Below, in pieces: positions 1 through 9,161 of a stretch of 64,000 nt of DNA. Source of the stretch: Dermatophilaceae bacterium (GTDB lineage: Bacteria; Actinomycetota; Actinomycetes; Actinomycetales; Dermatophilaceae); assembly GCA_036385355.1 (NCBI GenBank), contig DASVKO010000026.1, positions 849 through 64,848 on the forward strand, written 5' to 3'. The notes beneath the pieces are model-generated. The model saw only the letters and a list, made by a program, of their open reading frames with translations, did no database searches and was not told the DNA's origin. Each line of letters begins with the position of its first letter. Position 1 is the stretch's first letter. The translations under genes and the position numbers were made by a program.

Positions 1-997
1 TGCCCATGCCGAACGCAAAGCCGGTGTAACGGTCCGGGTCGATGCCGCACGCTGTCAGGACATTGCGGTTGACCATCCCGCAACCACCCCACTCGATCCA
101 GCCGGTCCCGCCACAGGTGCGGCAGTGCTCGTCCGAGCCGCCGCAGACGAAGCACCGGAAGTCCAGCTCGGCGCTGGGCTCGGTGAAGGGGAAGTATGAC
201 GGTCGCAGTCGCGTCTCCAGGCCCTGTCCGAAGAGCGCCTCGACGAAGTGGTCGAGCGTGCCGCGCAGGTGCGCCATGGTCAGACCCTCGGCCACCGCGA
301 GGCCCTCGATCTGATGGAACACCGCGGAATGAGTCGCATCGAGCTCGTCGGTCCGGAACACCTTGCCGGGGCAGACGATGTACAACGGCAGGTCACGCTC
401 GAGCAGCGAGCGGATCTGGACCGGCGAGGTGTGCGTGCGCAGGACCAGGCCGGCGTCCGGGGGGTCGACGAAGAAGGTGTCCTGCATCTGACGCGCCGGG
501 TGGTCGACGCCGAGGTTCAGGGCGTCGAAGTTGAACCACTCGGACTCGACCTCGGGCCCCTCGGCGATCTCCCAGCCCATGTCGACGAAGATGTCGCCGA
601 CTCGTTCGGAGGTCAGCTCGAGCGGATGACGGGCGCCGAGACGCCGGCGGGCCACCGGCGCGGTGACGTCCACGGCCTCCTCGACGAGCAGCCGGGCGTC
701 ACGGTCGGCCTCGAGCTCGCCCTGACGTTCGGCCAGAGCCCTGGCCACCCGACCGCGAGCCATTCCGACCCGCTTGCCGGCCTCGGCCTTGGCCGTCGGC
801 GGCAGGGCGCCGATCTCGCGGTTGGCCAGGGACAGGGCGCTCGTGTCGCCCTGGTGGGCCAGGCGGGCGGCCTTCAGCGACTCCAGGGAGCCGGCTGCGG
901 CGAAGGCGGCCAGTGCCTCGGCGACGGCCGCCTCGAGGGCAGCCGGGTCGAGAGTGCTGACCTCGACCGGGTCATACTTCTTATTGGGTGCAGACAT
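1..997 (-). CDS. pheS: phenylalanine--tRNA ligase alpha subunit (N-terminal ~332 aa; C-terminus runs off the window start)
   Basis: My own minus-strand translation from the ATG at 997-995 gives MSAPNKKYDPVEV...HPARQMQDTFF...LRTHTSPVQIR...GKVFRTDELDATHSAVFHQIEGL...YFPFTEPSAE...GCGMVNRNVL. These are class II aaRS motifs. It is absent from the ORF track because no stop lies inside the window. Synteny is infC-rpmI-rplT-trmH-HK-pheS. Confidence 0.93.
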   Translation of the reverse strand, partial: MSAPNKKYDPVEVSTLDPAALEAAVAEALAAFAAAGSLESLKAARLAHQGDTSALSLANREIGALPPTAKAEAGKRVGMARGRVARALAERQGELEADRDARLLVEEAVDVTAPVARRRLGARHPLELTSERVGDIFVDMGWEIAEGPEVESEWFNFDALNLGVDHPARQMQDTFFVDPPDAGLVLRTHTSPVQIRSLLERDLPLYIVCPGKVFRTDELDATHSAVFHQIEGLAVAEGLTMAHLRGTLDHFVEALFGQGLETRLRPSYFPFTEPSAELDFRCFVCGGSDEHCRTCGGTGWIEWGGCGMVNRNVLTACGIDPDRYTGFAFGMG

Positions 998-1103
998 CGC
1001 TTTCCATCTGTTCGGGTGATGGTGTTTCGGGTGACGGGTTGCTCAGGTCGCGCACGGTGAGTCTAGATGCCGGCTCCGCTGGTCCGGCGAGGTGTCCGAC
1101 CGG

Positions 1104-2201
1104 TCAGCGAACGTTCTCGGGGGCGCCCGCAGGCAACGTGAACCGGAACTCAGCCCCGCCCGAGGCGGCCCGGCCGACGCCGACCTTCCCGTCGTGGGCC
1201 TCCACCAGCCCTCGCACGACGTACAGACCCAGACCGGTGCCACCGCGGCGGGACCGGTGCCAGAACCTGGTGAAGATCATCGGGTAGTTCTCGGGGGGGA
1301 TGCCCTCGCCCTCGTCGCTGATCGTGACCGCGACGGCCTCTTCGCCACCCTGGGTGACCGGGGCGACGGTCAGGCTGACGGTCCCCTCTCCGTGGCGCAC
1401 GGCGTTCTCCATCAGGTTGGCCAGGATCTGATCGAGCCGGTCGGGGTCGGCCCACACCTCGGGCAGCTCTGTCTCGTGCCCGCTGAGTGCGAACCGCTCA
1501 CGCTCGTAGCCGCTGGCCACGAAGCGTTCGATGTGCCGCTCGATGGCCGCGTAGATGTCGACCGGCAGCTTGCGCACCTGCAGCCGGCCGGCGTCGATCC
1601 GGGAGATGTCCAGGAGCTCCGTGATCAGCCTGGTGACCCGGTCGGCGTCGGCCTCGATGGTCTGCAGCATCAGCCGCTTCTGGTCGTCGGTGAAGCGGTC
1701 CCAGCGGCGGAGAAGGGTGGAAGAAAAACCCTTCACCGACGTGAGTGGCGAGCGCAGCTCGTGGGCCACGGTCGAGATCAGCGCGGAGCTGTTCGCCTCG
1801 GCGCGGCGGCGCGCCTCGGCGTCGCGCAGGGCGACGACCACCTGGCTGACCGGCATACCGCGTCCCGGGCGCAGGTACTTGGCGGTCACCAGGACCTCCT
1901 GCATCCCGGGGATGACCAGCAGCTTCTCACGGTGCCCCGAGCGGATGGCCAGTCCGCTCCAGGGATCGGTGACGTCCCACCAGGAGCGACCGTCGTACTC
2001 CTGCAAGGGAATCGCCTTGCGGATGTCCTGGCCCATCAGCTCCGGGGAGGAGACTCCGACGATGCGGGCGGCCCGGGCGTTGACATAGACGATGAGGCCC
2101 TGGTCGTCGGCGACCACCATTCCGTCGGGGTGGTGGTCACAGACATCAGCGAACCACCCGGCGGAACGTTCGCCAGCCGATTCGTTGGCCCCTAGTCCCA
2201 T
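1104..2201 (-). CDS. soluble PAS-domain sensor histidine kinase (orphan, no adjacent response regulator)
   Basis: 365-aa ORF with a PAS-like N-terminus (GMVVADDQGLIVYVNARAARIVG). H-box STVAHELRSPLTSVKGF, N-box LMENAVRHG, G-boxes SDEGEGIP and GGTGLGLYVV. No TM segment. Its start lies 9 nt after the trmH stop. Confidence 0.9.
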   Translation of the reverse strand: MGLGANESAGERSAGWFADVCDHHPDGMVVADDQGLIVYVNARAARIVGVSSPELMGQDIRKAIPLQEYDGRSWWDVTDPWSGLAIRSGHREKLLVIPGMQEVLVTAKYLRPGRGMPVSQVVVALRDAEARRRAEANSSALISTVAHELRSPLTSVKGFSSTLLRRWDRFTDDQKRLMLQTIEADADRVTRLITELLDISRIDAGRLQVRKLPVDIYAAIERHIERFVASGYERERFALSGHETELPEVWADPDRLDQILANLMENAVRHGEGTVSLTVAPVTQGGEEAVAVTISDEGEGIPPENYPMIFTRFWHRSRRGGTGLGLYVVRGLVEAHDGKVGVGRAASGGAEFRFTLPAGAPENVR

Positions 2202-2210
2202 CCCAAAACT

Positions 2211-3035
2211 CTAGCGAATTCCGGAGCGATTCTGCACGCCAGCCGACCGGTATAGACAAAGGGTTGCGGCCATCGCGAGGTTCAGCGACTCGGCCTTACC
2301 GTAGATGGGAACCCGAACGACCGCGTCGCAGCCCGCCCTGACGTCGGGCTCGAGGCCCCAGGCCTCGTTGCCCATCACCCAGGCGTGGGGCCTGGCGAGC
2401 ATGCGTCCGTCGAGGTTGCCGTCGACGTCGCCCAGAACCTCGTCTCCGCCGCCGTCAGCCGCCAGCAGAGCCAGACCGGCCGAGCGCACCCGATCCAGCA
2501 GCGCGGAGATCGGCAGCCCGACCACGATAGGCAGGTGGAACAGCGACCCGACGGTTGACCGGACCACCTTCGGGTTGTAGATGTCAACACTGGAGTCGCT
2601 CAGCAGGACGGCGTCGGCCCCGGCGGCATCGGCGCCCCGGATCACCGTGCCGGCATTGCCCGGGTCGCGGACGTTGGTGAGGATCACCAGCAGACCCGGG
2701 CGCGCATCAAGCACGGAGTCGAGGGCGACGTCGACAGGGCGGCAGACCGCGAGAATCCCCTGCGGGACAACCGTGTCGCTCATCGCCGCGAGGACTTCTG
2801 GGCTCACTTCCCGAAGGGACAGACCTGCAGCCCGGGCCGCGTCCAGTACGGCGCCCTGGCGGCTGGCCGCCTGCGCCTCGAAATACACATCCCTGACCGT
2901 GTCAGGGCGGTGCGCAACGGCCTCGCGAACAGCCTGCGGCCCCTCTGCGAGGAACAGGTGCTCGCGCTCACGCACAGCGCGCCGGCTCAACGCCCGCACT
3001 GACCTGACCCGGTCGGAACCGATATTGGTCAGCAT
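2211..3035 (-). CDS. TrmH/SpoU family RNA 2'-O-methyltransferase (TsnR-like)
   Basis: 274-aa ORF with SpoU motifs NVRDPGNAGTVIRGADAAG, VMGNEAWGL and PIYGKAESLNLAMAATLCLY. Conserved position after rplT. Confidence 0.9.
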   Translation of the reverse strand: MLTNIGSDRVRSVRALSRRAVREREHLFLAEGPQAVREAVAHRPDTVRDVYFEAQAASRQGAVLDAARAAGLSLREVSPEVLAAMSDTVVPQGILAVCRPVDVALDSVLDARPGLLVILTNVRDPGNAGTVIRGADAAGADAVLLSDSSVDIYNPKVVRSTVGSLFHLPIVVGLPISALLDRVRSAGLALLAADGGGDEVLGDVDGNLDGRMLARPHAWVMGNEAWGLEPDVRAGCDAVVRVPIYGKAESLNLAMAATLCLYRSAGVQNRSGIR

Positions 3036-3112
3036 CTGGTGGTCACCATCTGCTGGTCATCATCTGTGGGTCAGGACAGTGACGTCGAGCCGGCGCGCTG
3101 CTGAGCTGTGAC

Positions 3113-3496
3113 TCAGACCGTGGCGTTGACGACGGCCTGCGCCGGCGCGTTGGCCCGGGAGATCTCGACGAGGGCGGCGAAGGCGGCGGCGTCGTTGACG
3201 GCCAGCTCGGCCAGCATCCGGCGGTCAACCTCAACATCGGCAGCCTTCAGACCCTGAATGAAACGGTTGTAGGTCATCCCGTTGGCGCGGGCTCCGGCGT
3301 TGATCCGCTGGATCCACAGGCGACGGAAGTCGCCTTTGCGAGCGCGACGGTCACGGTAGGCGTAACCGAGCGAGTGGGTGACCTGCTCCTTGGCCTTGCG
3401 GTACAGGCGCGAACGCTGTCCGCGATAGCCGCTGGCGCGCTCGAGAACTACCCGGCGCTTCTTGTGGGCGTTTACTGCCCGCTTCACGCGTGCCAC
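3113..3496 (-). CDS. rplT: 50S ribosomal protein L20
   Basis: 127 aa, [38 protein letters not shown]... is canonical L20. Confidence 0.97.
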   Translation of the reverse strand: MARVKRAVNAHKKRRVVLERASGYRGQRSRLYRKAKEQVTHSLGYAYRDRRARKGDFRRLWIQRINAGARANGMTYNRFIQGLKAADVEVDRRMLAELAVNDAAAFAALVEISRANAPAQAVVNATV

Positions 3497-3553
3497 GTGA
3501 GACTCCTTGCCTTGATTTTGCTTGAGCTGTTCTTGACGATCCAGCTGGGTGGA

Positions 3554-3748
3554 CTACTTGCCGAGAAGCTTCTTGATCTTCTTGGCCTGCGGCTTGTTCA
3601 GCTGCACGTCGTTCGCGATCGAGCGGGTCTTCTTCGAAGACTTGTGCTCAAGCAGGTGTCGGCCACCGGCCTGCTCACGCATGACCTTGCCGGTGCCCGT
3701 GAGGCGGAAGCGCTTCTTGGCGCCGCTGTGGGTCTTCATCTTCGGCAT
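3554..3748 (-). CDS. rpmI: 50S ribosomal protein L35
   Basis: MPKMKTHSGAKKRFRLTGTGKVMREQAGGRHLLEHKSSKKTR. The ATG at 3748 is preceded by GAAGGAG. The ORF-track start at 3790 is a 14-codon upstream extension. Confidence 0.95.
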   Translation of the reverse strand: MPKMKTHSGAKKRFRLTGTGKVMREQAGGRHLLEHKSSKKTRSIANDVQLNKPQAKKIKKLLGK

Positions 3749-3825
3749 GGTGCCGATCTCCTTCAGTCGTGCGGGTCCTTCCGGACCCACTGGGTTCTGT
3801 CGTCAAGCTGTCGAAAAGTCAGGGA

Positions 3826-4527
3826 CTACTCGGCTGTGGTGCTCTGGGCGTCAGCGGGAGTGCTCACCGTCGTGCCAACAGCGGCATCCGCGGCCGGCTC
3901 GACCACGGGATCCGGTGCTGCCTCGGCCTTGCTGTCCGCAGCCGGCGCGGCGTGTGCGGCAGCATTGGCTGCTGCGTCATCCTCACGCTTGCGACGCTGT
4001 TCGGCCTTTGCCTCAGCCTTCTTCTTGGTCGGACCGATCACCATGATCATGTTGCGCCCGTCCTGCTTGGGTGTGCTCTCGACGAAGCCGAGCTCACCGA
4101 TGTCGCTGGCGAGACGCTGCAGCAGGCGATAGCCAAGCTCGGGCCGGGACTGCTCACGGCCGCGGAACATGATCGTCACCTTGACCTTGTCGCCGGCCTT
4201 GAGGAACCGCTCGACGTGGCCCTTCTTGGTGGCGTAGTCATGGGGGTCGATCTTCGGTCGGAACTTGATCTCCTTGATGACCGTGTTGACCTGGTTCTTG
4301 CGGGCTTCCCGCTCTTTGATGGCTGCTTCGTACTTGAACTTGCCGAAGTCCATGAGCTTGGCGACCGGCGGCTTTGCCATCGGGGCAACCTCGACCAGGT
4401 CGAGATCCGACTCGGCGGCGAGACGCAAGGCGTCCTCGACGCGCACGATGCCGACCTGCTCACCATTGGGGCCAACCAAACGCACTTCCGGGACCCGGAT
4501 TCGATCGTTGATACGAGGCTCGCTGAT
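3826..4527 (-). CDS. infC: translation initiation factor IF-3, probable AUC start, Ala/Lys/Pro-rich C-terminal tail
   Basis: The conserved IF-3 core starts at (I)[27 protein letters not shown]...[14 protein letters not shown]...MFRGRE. AAGGAG lies 7 nt upstream of an in-frame ATC at 4527-4525. The longest ORF (to 4836) adds ~100 non-IF3-like residues. Non-AUG starts are the known rule for infC. Confidence 0.88.
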   Translation of the reverse strand: MSEPRINDRIRVPEVRLVGPNGEQVGIVRVEDALRLAAESDLDLVEVAPMAKPPVAKLMDFGKFKYEAAIKEREARKNQVNTVIKEIKFRPKIDPHDYATKKGHVERFLKAGDKVKVTIMFRGREQSRPELGYRLLQRLASDIGELGFVESTPKQDGRNMIMVIGPTKKKAEAKAEQRRKREDDAAANAAAHAAPAADSKAEAAPDPVVEPAADAAVGTTVSTPADAQSTTAE

Positions 4528-4587
4528 AGTGGTTCTCCTTAGCTTCCCGTCAAGGGGGACAGTTTGTCCGTCCAGGGTGACCACCGG

Positions 4588-4628
4588 AAGACGAGAAAAG
4601 CCCCTCGCCAGCGTGGTGCGCGAGGAGC
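4588..4628 (-). terminator. terminator/attenuator-like hairpin in the infC leader
   Basis: The minus strand reads CUCCUCGC-GCACCACGCUG-GCGAGGGG (8-bp stem including one G-U), followed by CUUUUCUCGUCUUCC, about 60 nt upstream of the infC start. Function is not established. Confidence 0.3.
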
Positions 4629-4951
4629 ATTCATGCCAAGGAGCATCCAACCAAACCGCCGCGTATGACGGGTGACAAGCACGCGCCGTACGTTGCACGT
4701 CTTCGACGGCACACCGTGGGTGCGACGCCTCAGCCGGGCGGACCTGGAACCCGGCGGCTGTGACTGCAGCGAACTGCGAGCGTGCCGACGCGGGTGGAAG
4801 CAACTTGCTGAGAGCTTCTCTTGCACGCTGCGCCACTCGCAGAGCACTGCTTTGAGGCAGAACTTGCTGACGACACAGCCGGTCGAGTGACAGGGTACCA
4901 GCGTGACCCCTCGGACTGCCAATCCGCAGGCTCCCTCGCTGTCGCGCCCGG

Positions 4952-6292
4952 TCAGCGATCCGCCGACGACGTCAGGGACTGGGTGAGCCGAACCTGGCGG
5001 ACCGCCGCCCGGCGGCGCGAGCGGCGGTACGACCTGGTCGCGCCAGCACCGGCGAGGGCCACGGCCAGACCCACCAGGGAGACGCTGACGAAGCCACCGG
5101 CCCAGCCCCACTGGTCGATCGCCAGACCGGCCACCGGGGCGCCCAGCGCTGAGCCTGCGGTCATCGCGGACCCGTGCCAGCCGATCGCCTCTCCCCGGGC
5201 CGCGTCGGGCACCACCCGGCTCAGCTGGTCGACCGTCGCGGTGATCGTCGGCGCGCAGAGCAGCCCGGCCACGAAACCCAGCGCGGCGAGCGGCCACACA
5301 CTCGGGGCGAGGGCGATCGGAATGGTCGTCAGGCTGAGGCCGCCCAGGAGCAGGAACGCCGAGATCGACCGGTGCAACATGCCGTAGACGAGACCGCCGA
5401 TCACCGACCCCAGGCCCCAGATCGCGAGAACCGGACCGATCAGCGAGATCTTGTCGAAGTCGCGCAGGGCAGCGACAAACGCGATGTCACAACCGGACAG
5501 GACGATCGTGCTGGCCATGGCTGCCGCACACATAGCCAGGAACTGGGGGCGGAACCACGCCTTGCGTGGCAGGGGTTCCTCACTGTCCGTACCGGCGGTG
5601 CCGGCTAGGCCTCCTTCGCCGCCTCCTTTGTCGCCACCATCCGCGCGCAGGACCGGGTTGGCCAGCCAGAGGCCGATGCCCGCCAGGACACCGAGCATCT
5701 CGACGGTGAAGAGGACCCAGGCCGTGGGCCAGATCGTGGCCGCCCAGACCCCTACGAGCGGGCCGACCATGAAGGAGACCTCGACGGCCACCGAGTCCAG
5801 CGACAGTGCGGTGCGCCGATCGCTGTCGGGGACGGCAGCCATGACTGCCTGCCGGATGATCGAGAACACCGGCACGACGAACAGACCGGCCAGTGCGGCC
5901 AGCAGGAGCAGCGGGAGGTAGTCCACGAAAGGTGCGATGGACCAGCAGAGGGCCGTCACGATCAGCGAGGGCAGGACCACCCGGCGCAGACCCTTGCTGT
6001 CCAGCAACCTGCCCCGCCAGGGTCCGCTCACCGCGATGGCCACCGTCGCCGCGGCGGTCACCAGCCCCGCAGAGCCGTAGTCACGGTGGAGGGTCTGGAC
6101 GACGTGCAGGGTGAGCAGGACGCCACCGGCGAAGATCGGGATGCGCACCATGATCCCGAGAAGCAGCGCCTGCCGCATCGCGGGCACGGCTAGTACGCGA
6201 CGGTACGGGCTGAGCGGCATACCACTCAGGTTGTCACAGCTCCGGTCGTCAGGCGTGGCGGATGGTGAAGGACAGACCGTCGATGCGGGCAC
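4952..6292 (-). CDS. MFS transporter
   Basis: 446-aa ORF with about 12 hydrophobic segments and a Gly/Asp-rich central loop. An alternative start at 6220 ([10 protein letters not shown]) would remove the overlap with the upstream gene. Confidence 0.8.
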   Translation of the reverse strand: MPASTVCPSPSATPDDRSCDNLSGMPLSPYRRVLAVPAMRQALLLGIMVRIPIFAGGVLLTLHVVQTLHRDYGSAGLVTAAATVAIAVSGPWRGRLLDSKGLRRVVLPSLIVTALCWSIAPFVDYLPLLLLAALAGLFVVPVFSIIRQAVMAAVPDSDRRTALSLDSVAVEVSFMVGPLVGVWAATIWPTAWVLFTVEMLGVLAGIGLWLANPVLRADGGDKGGGEGGLAGTAGTDSEEPLPRKAWFRPQFLAMCAAAMASTIVLSGCDIAFVAALRDFDKISLIGPVLAIWGLGSVIGGLVYGMLHRSISAFLLLGGLSLTTIPIALAPSVWPLAALGFVAGLLCAPTITATVDQLSRVVPDAARGEAIGWHGSAMTAGSALGAPVAGLAIDQWGWAGGFVSVSLVGLAVALAGAGATRSYRRSRRRAAVRQVRLTQSLTSSADR

Positions 6293-6989
6293 GCGCCTCG
6301 CCGTCGGTGGCGATCCGTTCCCCGATACGAGTGGCCAGGGCCTGCACCCGGGCGGCGTCGAGCCCTGCGCGCAGGCTCAGCACGACGCGCAGGATGCCGG
6401 CTCCGGCAGGGTCAGCCTCGCCTGCGCAGCTGACAACACACTGCTCGTCGGCGGTAGCACGGACCAGCGCCTGAGCCACGAAGGGATCGGTATGCGCCGG
6501 AAGCCAGTCGCGCTCCTGCGCCAGAGCCCACACCATGCTGGGCCGCAGGACACGCTCATGTCCCGAGCCGCAGTCGAGCAGCATCACGTCGCAGCGCTCG
6601 GTCACCGCGCCCTGAGCGGCCCGAGAGCTGGTGACCGGGGACGGGCGCGCGGTCGCGTCCCAGGCCGAGAGCGCCGCCATGCTGCTGAAGACCGGGAAGG
6701 CACGCTGACCATCCGACGAGGTCAGGGTCACCACGGCCATGTCAGTGGACTTGTGGGCCGCCGGCTCGGCTGGGTCATCGGACTCGCCGGGCACGGCCAC
6801 GATCGGGACGAGCAGGCGAGCGCCTGCCACTGCACGCATCAACACCGTATCGTCGCGCGGGTCGTCAAGTGCCGCAAGCAGATCCGGGTCAGCCTCGCCC
6901 TGGTCGCCATCGAACCCGGTGCCTGTCAGCTCGCGACCGGTCCAGGGCACACCACCGGAGTCTCGCTGCCCGGAGGATGCGTCGGTCAC
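6249..6989 (-). CDS. SseB-like family protein (hypothetical)
   Basis: 246-aa acidic ORF. It has a GTGA start/stop overlap with priA. The pattern [21 protein letters not shown]...[25 protein letters not shown] resembles SseB-family proteins found after priA in actinomycetes. The family call is from memory. Confidence 0.55.
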   Translation of the reverse strand: MTDASSGQRDSGGVPWTGRELTGTGFDGDQGEADPDLLAALDDPRDDTVLMRAVAGARLLVPIVAVPGESDDPAEPAAHKSTDMAVVTLTSSDGQRAFPVFSSMAALSAWDATARPSPVTSSRAAQGAVTERCDVMLLDCGSGHERVLRPSMVWALAQERDWLPAHTDPFVAQALVRATADEQCVVSCAGEADPAGAGILRVVLSLRAGLDAARVQALATRIGERIATDGEARARIDGLSFTIRHA

Positions 6990-7723
6990 GGTCGCCCCGC
7001 GATGTCCAGCGCCTCGGGCAGGGTGAACGCGTCACAGTAGAGCGCCGATCCAATGATCGCCCCTTCGACGCCGATGCTCACCAGAGACCTGATGTCCTCG
7101 ATATCCGCCAGGGTCGAGATGCCACCCGAGGCGACGACCGGGCGATCAGTACGCGAGCAAACCTGTTGTAACAGCTCGAGGTTGGGGCCCCTGAGCATTC
7201 CGTCCTTGTTGACGTCGGTGACCACATAGCGCGCGCAGCCCTCACGGTCGAGACGCTCCAGGGTCTCCCAGAGGTCCCCGCCCTCCTTCGTCCAGCCTCG
7301 CGCGGCAAGCGTGGTGCCCCGCACGTCGAGACCGACCGCGACCCGGTCGCCGTACTCGGCAATCGCCGCAGCGGTCCACTGCGGGTCCTCCAGGGCCGCC
7401 GTGCCGAGGTTGACCCTGCGGCAGCCATTGGAGAGCGCAGCGGCCAGGCTCTCGGCGTCCCGGATGCCTCCCGACATCTCGACCTGGATATCGAGCCGGC
7501 CGACGATGTCCGCGAGAAGCTCACGGTTGGAGCCGCGGCCGAAGGCAGCATCGAGGTCGACCAGGTGTATCCACTCGGCGCCCTGGTCCTGCCACGCCTT
7601 GGCCGCCTCCCACGGGTCACCGAACTGGCCTCCGGTTCCGGCGACCCCCTGGACGAGCTGGACCGCCTGACCGCCAGCGATATCGACAGCCGGCAAGAGC
7701 TCAAGGCGAACAGGTGAGGTCAC
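6986..7723 (-). CDS. priA: HisA/PriA phosphoribosyl isomerase (ProFAR isomerase, probably bifunctional with PRA isomerase)
   Basis: 245 aa: [42 protein letters not shown] start with AGGAG upstream. Confidence 0.93.
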   Translation of the reverse strand: MTSPVRLELLPAVDIAGGQAVQLVQGVAGTGGQFGDPWEAAKAWQDQGAEWIHLVDLDAAFGRGSNRELLADIVGRLDIQVEMSGGIRDAESLAAALSNGCRRVNLGTAALEDPQWTAAAIAEYGDRVAVGLDVRGTTLAARGWTKEGGDLWETLERLDREGCARYVVTDVNKDGMLRGPNLELLQQVCSRTDRPVVASGGISTLADIEDIRSLVSIGVEGAIIGSALYCDAFTLPEALDIAGRP

Positions 7724-7751
7724 GATCGGGTAGCTCCTGTGCTGGTTGTCA

Positions 7752-7851
7752 CTCGGTGATGGTGCTCGGTGATGGTGCTCGGTGGGCGTGATCAGTGGAC
7801 GTGATCAGTGGTTGCTGGTCAGCGGTCGGTTGCGCGGTGGGTTGCGCGGTT
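7752..7851. repeat. three consecutive short tandem duplications in the hisH-priA spacer
   Basis: ctcggtgatggtg x2 (7752-7777) plus a degenerate third copy, gtgatcagtggac x1.85 (7788-7811), and ggttgcgcggtg x2 (7828-7851). Confidence 0.85.
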
Positions 7852-7877
7852 GGCGGACTGGCCGGCTCCGGCGGATT

Positions 7878-8519
7878 TCACAACATCGCCACCCAGTTCT
7901 CCAGCAGCCGGGCACCGGCGTCCCCGGACTTCTCGGGGTGGAACTGAGTGGCCACCAACGGCCCGTTCTCGACCGCAGCCACGAAGGGTGACCCGTGCTC
8001 GGACCAGCTCACCCTGAGAGCCACCGCCGCCATGCTCCCCTCGGGCTCGAGCTCCCACCCGAGCGCCGCGTAGGAATGAACGAAGTAGAAGCGCTCATCC
8101 TCGACCCCGGCAAACAGCCGTGAGCCCTGCGCGGTCTTCACGCCCGACCATCCCATGTGCGGGACCACCGGTGCCACCAGCCTCTCGACGACTCCGGGCC
8201 ACTCCCCCAGGCCCGGTTCCTGGCCGTCCACACTCAGCTCGGTCGACCCGTCGAACAGCACCTGCATCCCGACGCAGATACCCATCACCGGTCGCCCCCC
8301 GGACAGCCTGACGTCGATCATCCGGGGCGCGTCCACCGCGCGCAGCCCGCGCATACAGGCGTGGAAGTTGCCGACGCCCGGCACGAAGAGCCCGTCAGCC
8401 TCCTGGACCAGCCGATGGTCGGCGGTCAGCTCGACGCTGGCGCCGACCCGTTCGAGCATCCGGACCGCCGAACGGACATTGCCGCTGCCGTAGTCCAGCA
8501 CCACCACCCGGGCGACCAT
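7878..8519 (-). CDS. hisH: imidazole glycerol phosphate synthase, glutamine amidotransferase subunit
   Basis: 213 aa: [29 protein letters not shown] (nucleophile Cys), FHPEKSG. Confidence 0.95.
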   Translation of the reverse strand: MVARVVVLDYGSGNVRSAVRMLERVGASVELTADHRLVQEADGLFVPGVGNFHACMRGLRAVDAPRMIDVRLSGGRPVMGICVGMQVLFDGSTELSVDGQEPGLGEWPGVVERLVAPVVPHMGWSGVKTAQGSRLFAGVEDERFYFVHSYAALGWELEPEGSMAAVALRVSWSEHGSPFVAAVENGPLVATQFHPEKSGDAGARLLENWVAML

Positions 8520-9158
8520 CTAGTCCTCCTCCAGCTCGGCCCGCAGCCGAGCCTCTTCGCTCACGGTCTTCTCGAACCTGGCAACGTGCTGCTCACCAGG
8601 CTCCACCCTGATGTACCCCCGCGTCGCCGCCGGGTCCCGTCTGCCGTCGAGCAGGTCGGACCCTGGCAGGGCCAACAGCTCCAGCAGCCCCGCGAGGAAC
8701 TGGGGAGCGTCACCACCCCCGTCGACAAGAAGCTCCCGGACCCAGCGACGAGCTGTCCTGTCCCGGGTCCCGGAGACGGCGACGAGGTCGGCGGGCCGAC
8801 CTGCCACCAGCTGCCGGGGCTGCACCACGCCTTCCCCCGGCATCCAGATGTACCACCGCTGGGCTGCCCGCCAGCCGGAACGTTGAGCGCTGACCACCGC
8901 GTTGCCGTCGACCGCGAACAGACCGAGGGCGGGACGTAGACGGGAAGGAACCGGGCGCCCGGCCAGCGCCTTCAGCGTGTCGTCATACGGCGCCATGGCA
9001 TGGGACGGCCCCGCGGGCATCACCGCGGTCCAGCCTGCCAGAGGCACCACGTGAACTGGCAGCAGACCACGCCGGGCCCAGGACACCACCGGGTCCGGCG
9101 CGCCCTGCAGGAGAAGCATCCCTCGCCCTTGCCAGGGCAAGTCCGCCAGCTCAGCCAC
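8520..9158 (-). CDS. hypothetical protein embedded in the his operon
   Basis: 212-aa ORF with minus-strand GC3-type codon bias. Its GTG start is 3 nt after the hisB stop, and its TAG stop directly abuts the hisH ATG. I recognise no motif. Confidence 0.6.
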   Translation of the reverse strand: MAELADLPWQGRGMLLLQGAPDPVVSWARRGLLPVHVVPLAGWTAVMPAGPSHAMAPYDDTLKALAGRPVPSRLRPALGLFAVDGNAVVSAQRSGWRAAQRWYIWMPGEGVVQPRQLVAGRPADLVAVSGTRDRTARRWVRELLVDGGGDAPQFLAGLLELLALPGSDLLDGRRDPAATRGYIRVEPGEQHVARFEKTVSEEARLRAELEED

Positions 9159-9161
9159 GGA

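Noticed and set aside
7752-7777. CAC-CAT-CAC (His-His-His) triplets on the mRNA strand in the hisH-priA spacer, considered as a histidine attenuator leader peptide.
   Set aside because: The repeat unit is 13 nt, so the frame is not maintained. No start codon or RBS precedes it, and it lies mid-operon rather than in a 5' leader.
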